A stretch of DNA of 64,000 bases from Candidatus Omnitrophota bacterium. Lineage in GTDB: Bacteria > Omnitrophota > Gorgyraeia > Zapsychrales > Fredricksoniimonadaceae. How positions within the stretch are numbered: the stretch's first letter is position 1; every line of letters starts with the position of its first letter. Positions 47,060 to 57,420 of this stretch are shown piece by piece. The notes beneath the pieces were generated by a model. It was not told the DNA's origin, ran no database searches, and saw only the letters and a program-made list of their open reading frames with translations. The position numbers and the translations under genes were made by a program. Where the stretch lies: assembly GCA_903901225.1 (NCBI GenBank), contig CAIUQE010000035.1:9249-73248 (forward strand). The letters are read 5' to 3'.

Positions 47060-47773
47060 ATGGAAGATAATGCACGCGCGTATCACATCAATGAGCCGGT
47101 CTTTGTCCGGACAAAAAAGAAGTTCAATTTCGGTAAACTTGCGTATGAAAGATACGTGAAGGCGGTATTCATCAATGAACGGATCATTGAGTTGCCGTTC
47201 GTTATTCAGGGGCTCGCTTCACTCAAGCGGGGAGCAGCTGTCCTCGATGTGGGGTGTATGGAAAGCCTGTTGCCGATGCAACTCGCCGGGCTGGGTTATC
47301 ATGTGACAGGCCTGGATTTCAGGAAATACCCTTTCTTTTTCCCTGGCCTTGATCTTGTCCAGGCGGATGCGACAAAAATGCCGTTGGTCGACCGGTCATT
47401 TGACGCGGTGACGTGCGTTTCAATGATCGAACATGTGGGGCTTGGTCATTATCAGGACCCTTGCCATCATCCTGATGCCGATGCGGACGTTGTCCGTGAA
47501 TTTGAGCGTGTGTTGAAGCCGGGGGGGCTCCTGTTATTGTCAGTGCCTTTTGGTGTCCTGACAACAGGGGTGGTTCAGCGGACGTATGACGCGGCGCGCC
47601 TCAAGAAAGCGCTTGGCGCTTTCCTTGTTGAGGAAAAAAGATATTATATCCAGCGCCGTGACCAACAGCATCTGAATGATTTTTGGCAGGAATGCGACGA
47701 GCCGGAAGCTTCCGGAGTACAGGCTGTTGATAAAACGGCGTGCGTGTGCCTGATAAAAGCCAGGAAGCCGTGA
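47060..47773 (+). CDS. Class I SAM methyltransferase (DUF268-like)
   Basis: ERIIE, VLDVG, SMIEHVGLGHYQD, LKPGG, SVPFG. Confidence 0.8.
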   Translation: MEDNARAYHINEPVFVRTKKKFNFGKLAYERYVKAVFINERIIELPFVIQGLASLKRGAAVLDVGCMESLLPMQLAGLGYHVTGLDFRKYPFFFPGLDLVQADATKMPLVDRSFDAVTCVSMIEHVGLGHYQDPCHHPDADADVVREFERVLKPGGLLLLSVPFGVLTTGVVQRTYDAARLKKALGAFLVEEKRYYIQRRDQQHLNDFWQECDEPEASGVQAVDKTACVCLIKARKP

Positions 47774-47777
47774 TCTT

Positions 47778-48935
47778 ATGCGTATTGGTTTTGATGCGAG
47801 AATATTGACATTGCCAAGATGCGGAGGGGTGACTGTTTTTTTGCGACTCCTGGAACATCTTCCGTTGTTAGATGATCAGTTGGAGCTTGTACTTTTTTTC
47901 CCTCGGCCTTTTTTGCCGGAGTATCAGAGATACTTGAAACATGACCGGATCGTTTGTGTCCAGGTTGCGGAGCGCGTCAGCGATATAAGCCGTTGGCCCA
48001 ACAGACAATTGTCGCCCCTTCTTCGGGAGCAAAGGATTGATATTTTTCATCAACCGTTCAATGCGGATGGCCCGTTCTTTTGCGCTCCTTGTCCTGTTGT
48101 TGTAACGATCCATGACCTGATCCCGTGGGTGATACCAGGTATTTTTCGCAAGGCCGTTAAGGCGCTACGTTATAAAGTCAGGAATATACTTTGGGCACAT
48201 GCCGCGGCAAGAGTACACACGGTCTCTGAAACCAGCAAATTCGATATTATGCGGCTTTGCCGGGTGCCTGCGACGAAAGTCCTGGTAACGCACCTGGGGG
48301 CTGATGACATCTATAGTTGCGCAATTGCTCCAGGAGAAGAGCAGGAGATCCTTCAGCGGTACAGTCTTGTGGGAAAAAGATATGTGGTTAACATGGGGGG
48401 GCTCAATCAATTGAGGCGAAACCCTGATTTCATTATTGAAGGGTTTGCAAGGTACCTGGACCGGACGGGCGACGATAGTTTTTTGGTTATTACAGGGCAA
48501 GTTCTTAAACAAGATGGTTTTTTTGATCGGGTGAAGGCTAAGATGGTGAAAGAGGGCATAAATGATCGTGTCATACTCACAGGATTCCTTTCCAACAAGG
48601 AGTTGAAAGTTGTCCTGTCGCATGGACTGGTATCAGTTGTTACATCGCTCTATGAGGGGTTTTGCTTGCCTTTGACCGAATCTTTTTCATGTGGAATTCC
48701 AACAATTGCCAATCACGCCGGCTCTATTCCTGAGATCGCAGGCGATGCGGCTATATTGGTGGATCCTCGGAAACCTGATGAGTTGGCAGGACATTTGCAG
48801 TTGTTGATGCAGGATGAGAATAGGCGCGCGGTATTGTCACGTCAAGGAAGAGAGCGGGTTAAACAGTTTCGTTGGGATGAAATGGCCCGGGGAGTCCTGG
48901 CCATGTATCATTCTGTCGGAAGATCGAGAGCCTGA
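47778..48935 (+). CDS. GT4 glycosyltransferase
   Basis: VVTIHDLIP, SLYEGFCLPLTE, IPEIAGDAA. Confidence 0.9.
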   Translation: MRIGFDARILTLPRCGGVTVFLRLLEHLPLLDDQLELVLFFPRPFLPEYQRYLKHDRIVCVQVAERVSDISRWPNRQLSPLLREQRIDIFHQPFNADGPFFCAPCPVVVTIHDLIPWVIPGIFRKAVKALRYKVRNILWAHAAARVHTVSETSKFDIMRLCRVPATKVLVTHLGADDIYSCAIAPGEEQEILQRYSLVGKRYVVNMGGLNQLRRNPDFIIEGFARYLDRTGDDSFLVITGQVLKQDGFFDRVKAKMVKEGINDRVILTGFLSNKELKVVLSHGLVSVVTSLYEGFCLPLTESFSCGIPTIANHAGSIPEIAGDAAILVDPRKPDELAGHLQLLMQDENRRAVLSRQGRERVKQFRWDEMARGVLAMYHSVGRSRA

Positions 48936-48937
48936 GC

Positions 48938-49792
48938 ATGCTGTTCCGTAAAAAGACACCCGTCATTGAGTATCCGGATTCGGTGCAGATCGAAACGACC
49001 AACCGCTGCAACGGGCGGTGTGTTTTTTGTCCGCATCCACGGATGAAGCGCCCCTTGATGGATATGTCCGACGAGGTGTTCGCGAAACTGATCCGCGACG
49101 TTAAAGAACTCAAGGTGAAGTCCATCCAGCCTTTTGTCAACGGCGAGCCTTTCATGGACCGTAATATTTTTGAGCGGCTCCTGCTCATCAACCGTGAATT
49201 GCCCGGGGTGAAGATCGTCATTTATACCAATGGCGCCTTGCTTACCGCCGACAAGTTGCAGAAACTTGCGGCGGTCAAAGACATTGATGTGATGAACTTT
49301 AGCCTTAACGGGATCGATGCCGCGGATTATCATGAGCGGGTGGGACTTAATTTTGAAAAGACCGTCGCTAATATCAAGGAATTCTTGCGCTTGAACAGGG
49401 AATTGAATTTCGTGCGCGAGGTCTGCGTCGCTTCGGTTGAGCCGGGCAATGGCAGCAAGGCGCAGGACAAGGCTTATAATGACGCCTTTACCCGTTTTTG
49501 CCACGCGAATTTTCCGGGCGTCCAGGTGAAGATCGGGTACAAGTATAACTGGCTTTCCCGGGTTTTCAGCCTCCGGCGGTTCCGCAATATTTTCTGCCCC
49601 CGCTTGAAGGCCATGATCGTCCTGGCCAATGGGCTGGTGGCGCTGTGTTGCATGGACATGGAGGGCGAATTCATTCTTGGCAACGCGCAGGAGCGTTCAC
49701 TGCTGGATATTTACAACGGGATCCTGGCGCGTGAATACCGGCATCACCGCAAGGCACATATGGTGCCATGCCGCACGTGCAACATGATCTAG
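48938..49792 (+). CDS. Radical SAM protein with SPASM/twitch domain
   Basis: CNGRCVFC, GEP, TNG, LCCMD, CRTC. Confidence 0.9.
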   Translation: MLFRKKTPVIEYPDSVQIETTNRCNGRCVFCPHPRMKRPLMDMSDEVFAKLIRDVKELKVKSIQPFVNGEPFMDRNIFERLLLINRELPGVKIVIYTNGALLTADKLQKLAAVKDIDVMNFSLNGIDAADYHERVGLNFEKTVANIKEFLRLNRELNFVREVCVASVEPGNGSKAQDKAYNDAFTRFCHANFPGVQVKIGYKYNWLSRVFSLRRFRNIFCPRLKAMIVLANGLVALCCMDMEGEFILGNAQERSLLDIYNGILAREYRHHRKAHMVPCRTCNMI

Positions 49793-49806
49793 GTGAAAGG
49801 GAACAG

Positions 49807-50550
49807 ATGTTCAAGACAGGTGTTTTCCGGGAATTGTGCGCGATCAGCGCGGGCATTGAAGGTTTTCTGACAGATCGTGAAGGCTGGTTGCTCTATCAAT
49901 TGGCCCGCAGGGCTTCCGGTGGATGTATCGTTGAGATCGGTTCATGGCAGGGTAAATCCACGGTTTGGATCGGGTTGGGCGCGAAGGCCAGCGCGTCTCA
50001 CGGCGAACCCTCCAGGGTTTATGCCATTGATCCTCATACCGGTTCCGAAGAACATCAGAAACCGGGTGAGAAGATCTGGACGTTGGAACGGTTCAAGGCC
50101 AATATCAGTCGTAACGGGCTTGACAGGATCGTTACGCCCATCGTGGAGCGCGCGCATAATGCCCGCCGTGCTTTTGAACAGCCTGTCAGCCTGCTTTTCA
50201 TTGACGGAGCGCATGATTACGATTCGGTCAAACAGGACTATGAGCTTTGGGCGCCGCTGGTGGTGGAGGGCGGGTATATCGTGTTCCATGATACCCAGCA
50301 GGCCGGCGTGAAGAAATTTGTTGATGAGATTATCCCCACAGGGCCCTTCGCGAAGGTTTATTTCCAGGATACCATCTGTTATGGGAAAAAAGTGGTGCGG
50401 CATTCTTCCGTTGATGCTTTTCGCGGCCGCGCCATGATCCGGCTGAAAAACGAGTTCCTGGATGTCTGCGACGGGGCGGTTTCGAAGGAACATAAAAAAT
50501 GGGTCAAACAGCGGGTCAAGTTCGTGCGCGCGCTATTGACGATCCTGTGA
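49807..50550 (+). CDS. Class I SAM methyltransferase (Methyltransf_24-like)
   Basis: VEIGSWQGKST, AIDPH, FIDGAHDY, FHD. Confidence 0.88.
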   Translation: MFKTGVFRELCAISAGIEGFLTDREGWLLYQLARRASGGCIVEIGSWQGKSTVWIGLGAKASASHGEPSRVYAIDPHTGSEEHQKPGEKIWTLERFKANISRNGLDRIVTPIVERAHNARRAFEQPVSLLFIDGAHDYDSVKQDYELWAPLVVEGGYIVFHDTQQAGVKKFVDEIIPTGPFAKVYFQDTICYGKKVVRHSSVDAFRGRAMIRLKNEFLDVCDGAVSKEHKKWVKQRVKFVRALLTIL

Positions 50551-50562
50551 CAATGAGGAGCC

Positions 50563-51720
50563 TTGATGAGAATTGCCTTTGATGCGGTGAGCCTGACCCG
50601 GGAGCGTTCGGGCGTGGCGAATTATCTCACGCGCCTTGTGCGCCGGCTGGTTGAGATCGACCCGGACCTTCAGGTTGTCTTGCTGGCGCCTGACAAGATC
50701 TGTGTGGAGTACGACCTTTTTATCCGTCATCCGCGGATCAGGCGGGTGGTGGTGGACCTGCCGCGTGCCGGGCGGAAAAAGTGGGCGTCAACGCACCTGC
50801 CCCGCCTTCTGAAGGAGCATGGCATTGACCTTTTTCACCAGCCCGGCGGCATGGACGTGGCGCTCTTTCGTTCGCCCTGCCCGATGGTCCTTACCGTTCA
50901 CGATATGGCGCCCTGGGTGTTGAGTACTTTCAAGGATTGGCGCCGGGCGCTGCGTTATAAATTGCGCAGCCTTGTTTGGGCGCACCAGGCGGCCAGGATC
51001 CTCACGGGAGTCGAGGTGAGCCGCAAGGACATTGTCCGGTTATGCCGCGTCCCGGCGGACAAGGTCGCCGTCACGCCGTACGGGGCGGAGCCTGTGTATG
51101 AAGGCGAGATCAAGGCCGGTGAGGCGGATGACATCCTGCGCAAGTACCGTTTGCTCGGGAAAAGGTATGTCGTTAATTTTTCCGGATTGAATTATAAACG
51201 GCGTAACATTGACCTTGTGCTCGACGGCTTCGCGCGTTTCCACCGTGAGGTTCCCGATGACGTGACGCTTGTTTTTACCGGGCCTGTGGCCAACGCGCAA
51301 GGCGCGTACGACCGGGCCCAGCGCAAGATGGGCATCCTCGGCATCCGCGAGCGCGTGGCCACGACCGGGTTCATGAACGAGAAGGCTCTGCAGGTGGTCA
51401 TTGAGAATGCCGAGGCGGCGATCGTGACCTCCCTGCATGAGGGATTCCCCCAGTCGATGGTCGAGGCGTTCGCTTCCGGCACGGCGGTCATTGCCACGGA
51501 CCGGGGCGGCGTGCCCGAGGTGGCGGGCGAGGCCGCGATCATCATTGACCCATACGACCCCGCGGCCCTGGCCGACGCGCTCAAACGCTTGCTCGGCAAT
51601 TCCGTCGACCGTGAACTTTATGTTGAACGGGGTTACGGCTGCATCCGTGCCTTGACCTGGCAGCGGACCGCCCGTGAGACGCTCAATGCCTACCGTTCCG
51701 TCCTGAAGGTCAGCGCATGA
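50563..51720 (+). CDS. GT4 glycosyltransferase (paralog of 47778..48935)
   Basis: LTVHDMAP, SLHEGFPQSMVEA, VPEVAGEAA. Confidence 0.9.
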   Translation: MMRIAFDAVSLTRERSGVANYLTRLVRRLVEIDPDLQVVLLAPDKICVEYDLFIRHPRIRRVVVDLPRAGRKKWASTHLPRLLKEHGIDLFHQPGGMDVALFRSPCPMVLTVHDMAPWVLSTFKDWRRALRYKLRSLVWAHQAARILTGVEVSRKDIVRLCRVPADKVAVTPYGAEPVYEGEIKAGEADDILRKYRLLGKRYVVNFSGLNYKRRNIDLVLDGFARFHREVPDDVTLVFTGPVANAQGAYDRAQRKMGILGIRERVATTGFMNEKALQVVIENAEAAIVTSLHEGFPQSMVEAFASGTAVIATDRGGVPEVAGEAAIIIDPYDPAALADALKRLLGNSVDRELYVERGYGCIRALTWQRTARETLNAYRSVLKVSA

Positions 51721-52592
51721 AGATCGCCCTCGTCTATGACCGCGACAGCCGCGTGGGGGTCGGGGAAAGATGCCGGCGCGTGCTGGAGCATCAGCCCGGG
51801 CTTCAGGTCTCTCAGTTCGACCTGAAAGAGATACGGCAGGTCACGGGGGGGTTTGACCTTTATCTGCGCCTGGACGACGGGGATTACGCGGCGCCGTTCC
51901 CTGCCGGCCTGCATCCTTACGCGTGGTGGGTGGCCGATACGCATTTGAAACATCCCTTGCGCTGCATCATCCGCAATGCCCCCGACTGTGACGCGCTTTT
52001 TTGTTTCCAGAAAGAAGGCGCCTGGGAGGTTTCCCGTGCCACAGGGAGGCTGGCGCGCTGGCTTCCGCCGGCGTGTGATCCAGTAAATCCGTCGTCTGCT
52101 TTTGTTCCTCATTCTCAGCGGCGCTGGGATATCGCTTTTGTCGGGACGACGGGAAAATATACCCTGCGCAAGGTGGTGCTGGAACTCATTAAAAGCGGCT
52201 ATCCCAACGCCTTCATCGGGACAGCCCATCACAGCGAACTTTTTTCGATCTATTCCCAGGCCAGGATCGTCGTCAACTACGCGATCAACAATGACCTCAA
52301 CATGCGCATTTTTGAAGCCATGGCGGCCGGGGCTTTGGTCCTCAACAACAGGATCAAGGACAACGGTTTTGAAGATATCTTTTCACCCGGCCAAGACTGT
52401 GTTGTCTTTGACGACCCGACGACCGGGGAGCTGAAGCGGCTGATCGACCATTATCTGTCCCATCGCGAAGACGGGGAACGGATCGCCCGGGCCGGGTTCA
52501 CCCTGGCAGAGCGGCACACGTACCGGGAAAGGCTCCGGGAGATAGGGCGGATCGTTCTCAACAGGGGGGCGCGTGAAGCTGATTTCTTTTAA
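51717..52592 (+). CDS. CgeB-like (Glyco_trans_1_2) glycosyltransferase
   Basis: WLPPACDP, DIAFVG, NDLNMRIFEAMAAG, HTYRER. Confidence 0.85.
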   Translation: MKIALVYDRDSRVGVGERCRRVLEHQPGLQVSQFDLKEIRQVTGGFDLYLRLDDGDYAAPFPAGLHPYAWWVADTHLKHPLRCIIRNAPDCDALFCFQKEGAWEVSRATGRLARWLPPACDPVNPSSAFVPHSQRRWDIAFVGTTGKYTLRKVVLELIKSGYPNAFIGTAHHSELFSIYSQARIVVNYAINNDLNMRIFEAMAAGALVLNNRIKDNGFEDIFSPGQDCVVFDDPTTGELKRLIDHYLSHREDGERIARAGFTLAERHTYRERLREIGRIVLNRGAREADFF

Positions 52593-53631
52593 CAAAAGAA
52601 TGTACCAGCTGTTCAAGGTGTTTTACAAATTGACCGGGCAGTGCCGGAAGATGGACGATCATTTTCTCGTCGAGAGGTTTGTGGATTCTCTCCAGCGGCT
52701 GCATTTCACGCAGCAAGGGGCTTCGGCGGCGGAACGGCGGGATTTCTTCAGGAAGCATCTTGTGGAGATCGAGGTGGAAACGCATGGGTATTGCAACCGC
52801 ACATGTTCTTTTTGCCCCAACGCGCATTTCAGCCGTGCCGACAAGTCTCAGATCATGCCGGAGGATGTTTTTGACCGGATCATTGCGCAATTGAAGTCCA
52901 TTGATTATGCTCATACGTTGAAACTGCATCGTTATAATGAACCGCTGGCGCTCGATATCATTTTCGACCGCATCCGCCGCGCGCGCCGGGAATTGCCGCG
53001 GGCGCGGATAGGGTTCCATTCCAACGGCGACTATGTCACCGCGGAAAAACTGAAGGAACTGGAGTCCGCGGGCCTTGATTTTGTGATCATCGGCATGTAC
53101 CTTGACGCAGCGGGGAGCCGTGAAGCGCTGCTGGCCGAAGCCAAAGACCGATGTCGGGAATTTCTCCGGCGGAGGGATCTTGAGGCGCATGAGGTCCCCG
53201 CGGATGGGGCGCTGGTGCGTTACCGTGTCCGTATGGAGAAGCTCCAGGTTGCCATGTTCGTGCCGGATGTCGCCAGCCAGTGGAACGACCGCGGCGGCAC
53301 GTTGAAAAGTTATGCCAGGCACGCCCGCGTGTCGCCCTGCGAAAGTCCCTTTGGCAGGCTTTTGGTCGACTGGACCGGAGATGTCCTGCCGTGCTGTAAT
53401 TTGAGAGGGGATGTCGCGGCGCACAAGCCTTATATCCTCGGCAACGCGGCCACAACCGCGCTCGAAGACATTTATTTTTCCGGTGTTGCCAATGGATTGC
53501 GGCGGAAGCTTGCCGGTTTTGACATCAAGGAAGGGGCCTGCCGGACCTGCCACTACGCGTCGTTCCCGCAGGATGATGGGTACAAGGCGCTGGTTGAAAA
53601 GAAGATCCGTAAACTTGATATTGATCAATGA
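52573..53631 (+). CDS. Radical SAM protein with SPASM/twitch domain
   Basis: CNRTCSFC, YNEPL, SNGD, NDRGG, PCC, CRTC. Confidence 0.88.
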   Translation: MKLISFNKRMYQLFKVFYKLTGQCRKMDDHFLVERFVDSLQRLHFTQQGASAAERRDFFRKHLVEIEVETHGYCNRTCSFCPNAHFSRADKSQIMPEDVFDRIIAQLKSIDYAHTLKLHRYNEPLALDIIFDRIRRARRELPRARIGFHSNGDYVTAEKLKELESAGLDFVIIGMYLDAAGSREALLAEAKDRCREFLRRRDLEAHEVPADGALVRYRVRMEKLQVAMFVPDVASQWNDRGGTLKSYARHARVSPCESPFGRLLVDWTGDVLPCCNLRGDVAAHKPYILGNAATTALEDIYFSGVANGLRRKLAGFDIKEGACRTCHYASFPQDDGYKALVEKKIRKLDIDQ

Positions 53632-53644
53632 AGGAGAGGCCGGA

Positions 53645-54301
53645 ATGAGCGAAGATTTCAGGATGTGGAAAAAGAAGAACCTGCCGGGATTAAGGGCGCT
53701 GGTCAGGTCGGTCCGTTATATTTTCAAAAGGCCCCGCTGGTTTTTTCAGCGGGAGATCATGAAGAACAGCATTTTTATTTCCGAGTTTGAGATCGCCGAG
53801 GCGTCGCTTTTTCCGCGCCGGGTCATTGACCGGGTCATTGATATGTTCCGTCCGTCGTCCGTCCTGGACCTGGGATGCGGGGTGGGCCGGGCGCTGGAAT
53901 ATTTTCATGATCGCGGGATAGATGTCCAGGGCGTGGAGGGGTCTGAACTGGCCATATCCAAAGCGAAGTATCCCGACAAGATCCTTCAGTATAATCTTGA
54001 GAAAGAACTCAACCTCAAGAAGCGGTTTGACCTCATCTGGTCATTTGAATTTGTCGAGCACATCCATCCCAAATATGTAGATAACCTGCTAAAAACTTTT
54101 TCAAACCATTCCGATAAGGTTGTTGTTTCCGCCGCGCCTCCGGGGCAGGGGGGCGACGGTCATTTTAATGAACAGCTTCCGGTTTACTGGATAGAAAAGT
54201 TCAAACAATACGGTTATGCATTCGACCAGCCAAGGTCTGAAGAGCTGCGCAAGCTGGAAGACAGTTACAGCCAAAACCTTATTGTTTTCGAAAGAAAATG
54301 A
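53645..54301 (+). CDS. Class I SAM methyltransferase
   Basis: VLDLGCGVG, EFVEHI, SAAPPGQGGDGHFNEQ. Confidence 0.88.
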   Translation: MSEDFRMWKKKNLPGLRALVRSVRYIFKRPRWFFQREIMKNSIFISEFEIAEASLFPRRVIDRVIDMFRPSSVLDLGCGVGRALEYFHDRGIDVQGVEGSELAISKAKYPDKILQYNLEKELNLKKRFDLIWSFEFVEHIHPKYVDNLLKTFSNHSDKVVVSAAPPGQGGDGHFNEQLPVYWIEKFKQYGYAFDQPRSEELRKLEDSYSQNLIVFERK

Positions 54302-54498
54302 TCTCTGTGGGAATTAGAGGCGGGAGAGGATCGTCGGGTATGAAAATTTCCACGCATTGTGTGGCCATTGGAATGGGATCAAAGTTCAACTTCATGTCGC
54401 CTGTATGGTTTTATCGTTCAAAATACGAGCGCTGGGCCATCCTGCGCGTGTGCGGCATTTATTTCTGGTTCGTCGTCAAGGAGTTCAAAATATTTTGA
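54298..54498 (+). CDS. Putative 66-aa small protein
   Basis: Overlaps the upstream stop (ATGA) and the inferred downstream start (TTGA), filling the gap exactly. Confidence 0.4.
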   Translation: MISVGIRGGRGSSGMKISTHCVAIGMGSKFNFMSPVWFYRSKYERWAILRVCGIYFWFVVKEFKIF

Positions 54499-55553
54499 AA
54501 AAAGTCCTGATCGTCAACCCTTTCGGCATCGGGGACGTGCTGTTCACGACGCCTTTGATCGCGGCCCTCAAGCGCCGGGAGCCCGGCATATCCATCAGTT
54601 TCGTCGGGAACGCCCGCACCGCGCCCTTCCTCAGGAATGACCCCCGCCTTGACCGGGTTTTTTCCTATGAACGTGATGAATTCGTCGCGGTCTATAAAAG
54701 ATCGCCGTGGCAGTTCCTCCTGAAATGGAAAGCGTTCACGGCAGAACTGTATGCCGGGCATTTTGATACCGCGTTCGACCTTTCCATGGGGTCCCCCGTC
54801 GGAGCGGCGCTGATGCTGGCCGGGATCCCGGCGCGCGTCGGATATGACTACAAGGGCCGCGGGCGGTGGTTGACCCGCAAGGTCCCGCTCAAAGGCTATG
54901 AAGGCCGGCACGTGGCCGCGCATTATCTGGACCTTCTTGAGCCCCATCCCGGTAACGAAGACCGCATGGCCTTGTTCGTTCCCGAAGCTGACAAGGCCTG
55001 GGCCGGAGAGTTCATGGCACGTCACGGGTTGGGGGATAACGCCTTCATCGTCATGTTCCCGGGTGGCGGGGCAAGCTGGGGGCAGGGGGCCGGCATGAAA
55101 CGCTGGCCGCCGGAAGGCTACGCGCGATTGGCAGAGAAAATAATTGAAAGATCAAAGTGCCCCATTATACTGATGGGGGACCAAAGCGAGCTGGAGCTTT
55201 GCCGTCATGTCGCCGGGTCAGCTTCAAGTCCGCTGGTAGCGGTGGCGGATCCGACGAGCCTGACGCGGGCCGCGGCGCTGATGCGCCGGGCAAGGTGCGC
55301 TGTTGTCAACGATGGCGGCCCGTTGCACGTGGGGGTGGCCTGCGGCGCGCGGACAGTTTCGATCTTTGGCCCTGTCGACCCCGTGGTTTACGGGCCTTAC
55401 CCGCCGGGGAAAGATCACCGGGTGGTGACCAAAGGGCTGCCCTGCCAGCCGTGTTACAGGAATTTTCGCGTGTCAGGGTGCGATCATCAGAGTTGTTTGA
55501 GAACATTAACCATGGATGAGGTCTACAGGGCCTTGGAGGAGTTCGTCTCATGA
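54495..55553 (+). CDS. GT9 heptosyltransferase-like glycosyltransferase
   Basis: GIGDVLFTTP, KRWP, NDGGPLH, IFGP, CQPC...C...C; TTG start inferred. Confidence 0.9.
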   Translation: MKKVLIVNPFGIGDVLFTTPLIAALKRREPGISISFVGNARTAPFLRNDPRLDRVFSYERDEFVAVYKRSPWQFLLKWKAFTAELYAGHFDTAFDLSMGSPVGAALMLAGIPARVGYDYKGRGRWLTRKVPLKGYEGRHVAAHYLDLLEPHPGNEDRMALFVPEADKAWAGEFMARHGLGDNAFIVMFPGGGASWGQGAGMKRWPPEGYARLAEKIIERSKCPIILMGDQSELELCRHVAGSASSPLVAVADPTSLTRAAALMRRARCAVVNDGGPLHVGVACGARTVSIFGPVDPVVYGPYPPGKDHRVVTKGLPCQPCYRNFRVSGCDHQSCLRTLTMDEVYRALEEFVS

Positions 55554-56647
55554 GCGTGCCGTTCATTGATTTTACCGAACAGAATAAAATGATCCGCAAG
55601 GCGGTCGACGCGGGGCTTGAACAGGTGATCGCGAAAGCGTCATTCATCATGGGGCCGGAAGTGAAGAAATTCGAGGATGAGTTCGCGGCTTTTTGCGGCG
55701 TGAAATACGCGGTGGGCGTGAATTCCGGGACGGACGCGCTGTACCTTGCTTTGGCGGCCATGGGTGTCGGGGAAGGTGACGAGGTGATCCTGCCGACGTT
55801 CACGTTCATCGCCACGGCCCTGTGCGCGTCTTATACGGGCGCCCGGGTCAAGTTCGTGGACATCGATGAGCATTCCTACAATATGGACCCCGCGAAGCTG
55901 GAGCAGGTGATCACGCCGCGGACCAAGGTCATCATTCCCGTGCACCTTTACGGGCAGATGGCGAACATGGACGAGATCCTGGCGGTCGCCCGCCGGCGCG
56001 GCGTGGCGGTGCTCGAGGACGCCTGCCAGGCGCACGGCACGCGTTACAAGGGCCAGCGCAGCGGGTCCATGGGCAACGGCGGTTGTTTCAGCTTTTATCC
56101 GACCAAGGGCCTGGGCGCCTGGGGCGACGGCGGCATGGTCGTGACCAATGACGCGAAACTGGCCGAGATGGTGCGGATGCTCAGGGATTACGGGCGCACG
56201 GACCGTTATGCCCACAAGTTCAAGGGGCACAACTCGCGGCTGGACACGGTGCAGGCCGTTGTGCTTTCGGAGAAGTTGAAACACCTGGACGCGTGGAACA
56301 GCTTGCGCCAGACGGTGGCCGGATATTACGCCAGGCACCTTGCCGGATCGGGGATCATTGTGCCGCAGACACTGCCTGACCGGGAGCATGTCCATCAGAC
56401 CTATGCCGTCCGCCTGAAGGACCGCGCCCGCGTGCTGGACCGGCTGAAGGAGAAAGGCGTCACCGCGCTGATCCATTACCCCATACCGATCCATCTGCAG
56501 GAAGCATACGCCGACGCCGGATTCAAGGCGGGGGATTTTCCTGTTTCCGAGAAAGTCGCTGACGAGATCCTGTCGCTGCCCATGTTCCCGCACATGACGG
56601 AGGCCCAGGTCATTGAGGTTGCTGCCGCGCTCAAGGGAGCCCTGTAA
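55550..56647 (+). CDS. DegT/DnrJ/EryC1/StrS sugar aminotransferase
   Basis: NSGTDAL, EDACQAHG, FSFYPTKGLG (catalytic Lys present). Confidence 0.93.
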   Translation: MSVPFIDFTEQNKMIRKAVDAGLEQVIAKASFIMGPEVKKFEDEFAAFCGVKYAVGVNSGTDALYLALAAMGVGEGDEVILPTFTFIATALCASYTGARVKFVDIDEHSYNMDPAKLEQVITPRTKVIIPVHLYGQMANMDEILAVARRRGVAVLEDACQAHGTRYKGQRSGSMGNGGCFSFYPTKGLGAWGDGGMVVTNDAKLAEMVRMLRDYGRTDRYAHKFKGHNSRLDTVQAVVLSEKLKHLDAWNSLRQTVAGYYARHLAGSGIIVPQTLPDREHVHQTYAVRLKDRARVLDRLKEKGVTALIHYPIPIHLQEAYADAGFKAGDFPVSEKVADEILSLPMFPHMTEAQVIEVAAALKGAL

Positions 56648-57420
56648 TGTTCCCAGTACCGGTGGCGGTCGTCATCATCGCGAAGAATGAAGAAGACAAT
56701 ATGGAGGCCTGCATCCACAGCGTCAAGGGGTGGGCCGCCGAGATCATCGTGGTCAATGACAATTCCACGGACCGCACGGTGGCCATTGCCGAGGCCTGCG
56801 GCGCCGTTGTCCATCATCGCACGATGGACAATGAGGGCATCCACCGCAACTGGGCCGCGGCCCGGGCGACGAGCGCGTGGGTCCTCTATCTTGACGCGGA
56901 CGAACGCGTGACGCCGGAGCTTCGCCGGGAGATCGATGCGGTGCTGCCCGGCACAGCGCACGTGGCCTTTGCCATACCGTTCAAGACCTATATCGGCAAT
57001 TACTGGGTGGACCATTCCGGATGGTACCCGGGGTCGAAGACCAGGCTGGTCCTGAAAAGCAAATTCCGTTATGAGGAGGCACCAGTCCATCCGCGCGTGT
57101 TCCACGAGGGGACCTGCGGGCATTTGACCGGGGATATCGTGCATTACGGTTATCCTGACCTGGCGCATTTTCTCGCCAGCCTTAATCGCCAGACGACGCT
57201 GGAAGCGCAGAAGTGGGTCGATACCGGACGGCGCATGTCCATGCTCGCGGGATTTTGGCGCATGGTCGACCGGTTCTTCCGTTCCTATATCGGCAAGGGC
57301 GGCTGGAAGGGCGGGTTCATGGGTTTTGTGATCGCTTATTTCGCCTCGCTGTACCAGGTCATGAGCTACATCAAATATTACGAGATCATCAAAGGCATCA
57401 AAGAGCCCGTGAAAAAATGA
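56647..57420 (+). CDS. GT2 glycosyltransferase (WaaE/KdtX-like)
   Basis: IIAKNEE, STDRT, LDADER, VH. Confidence 0.9.
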   Translation: MFPVPVAVVIIAKNEEDNMEACIHSVKGWAAEIIVVNDNSTDRTVAIAEACGAVVHHRTMDNEGIHRNWAAARATSAWVLYLDADERVTPELRREIDAVLPGTAHVAFAIPFKTYIGNYWVDHSGWYPGSKTRLVLKSKFRYEEAPVHPRVFHEGTCGHLTGDIVHYGYPDLAHFLASLNRQTTLEAQKWVDTGRRMSMLAGFWRMVDRFFRSYIGKGGWKGGFMGFVIAYFASLYQVMSYIKYYEIIKGIKEPVKK

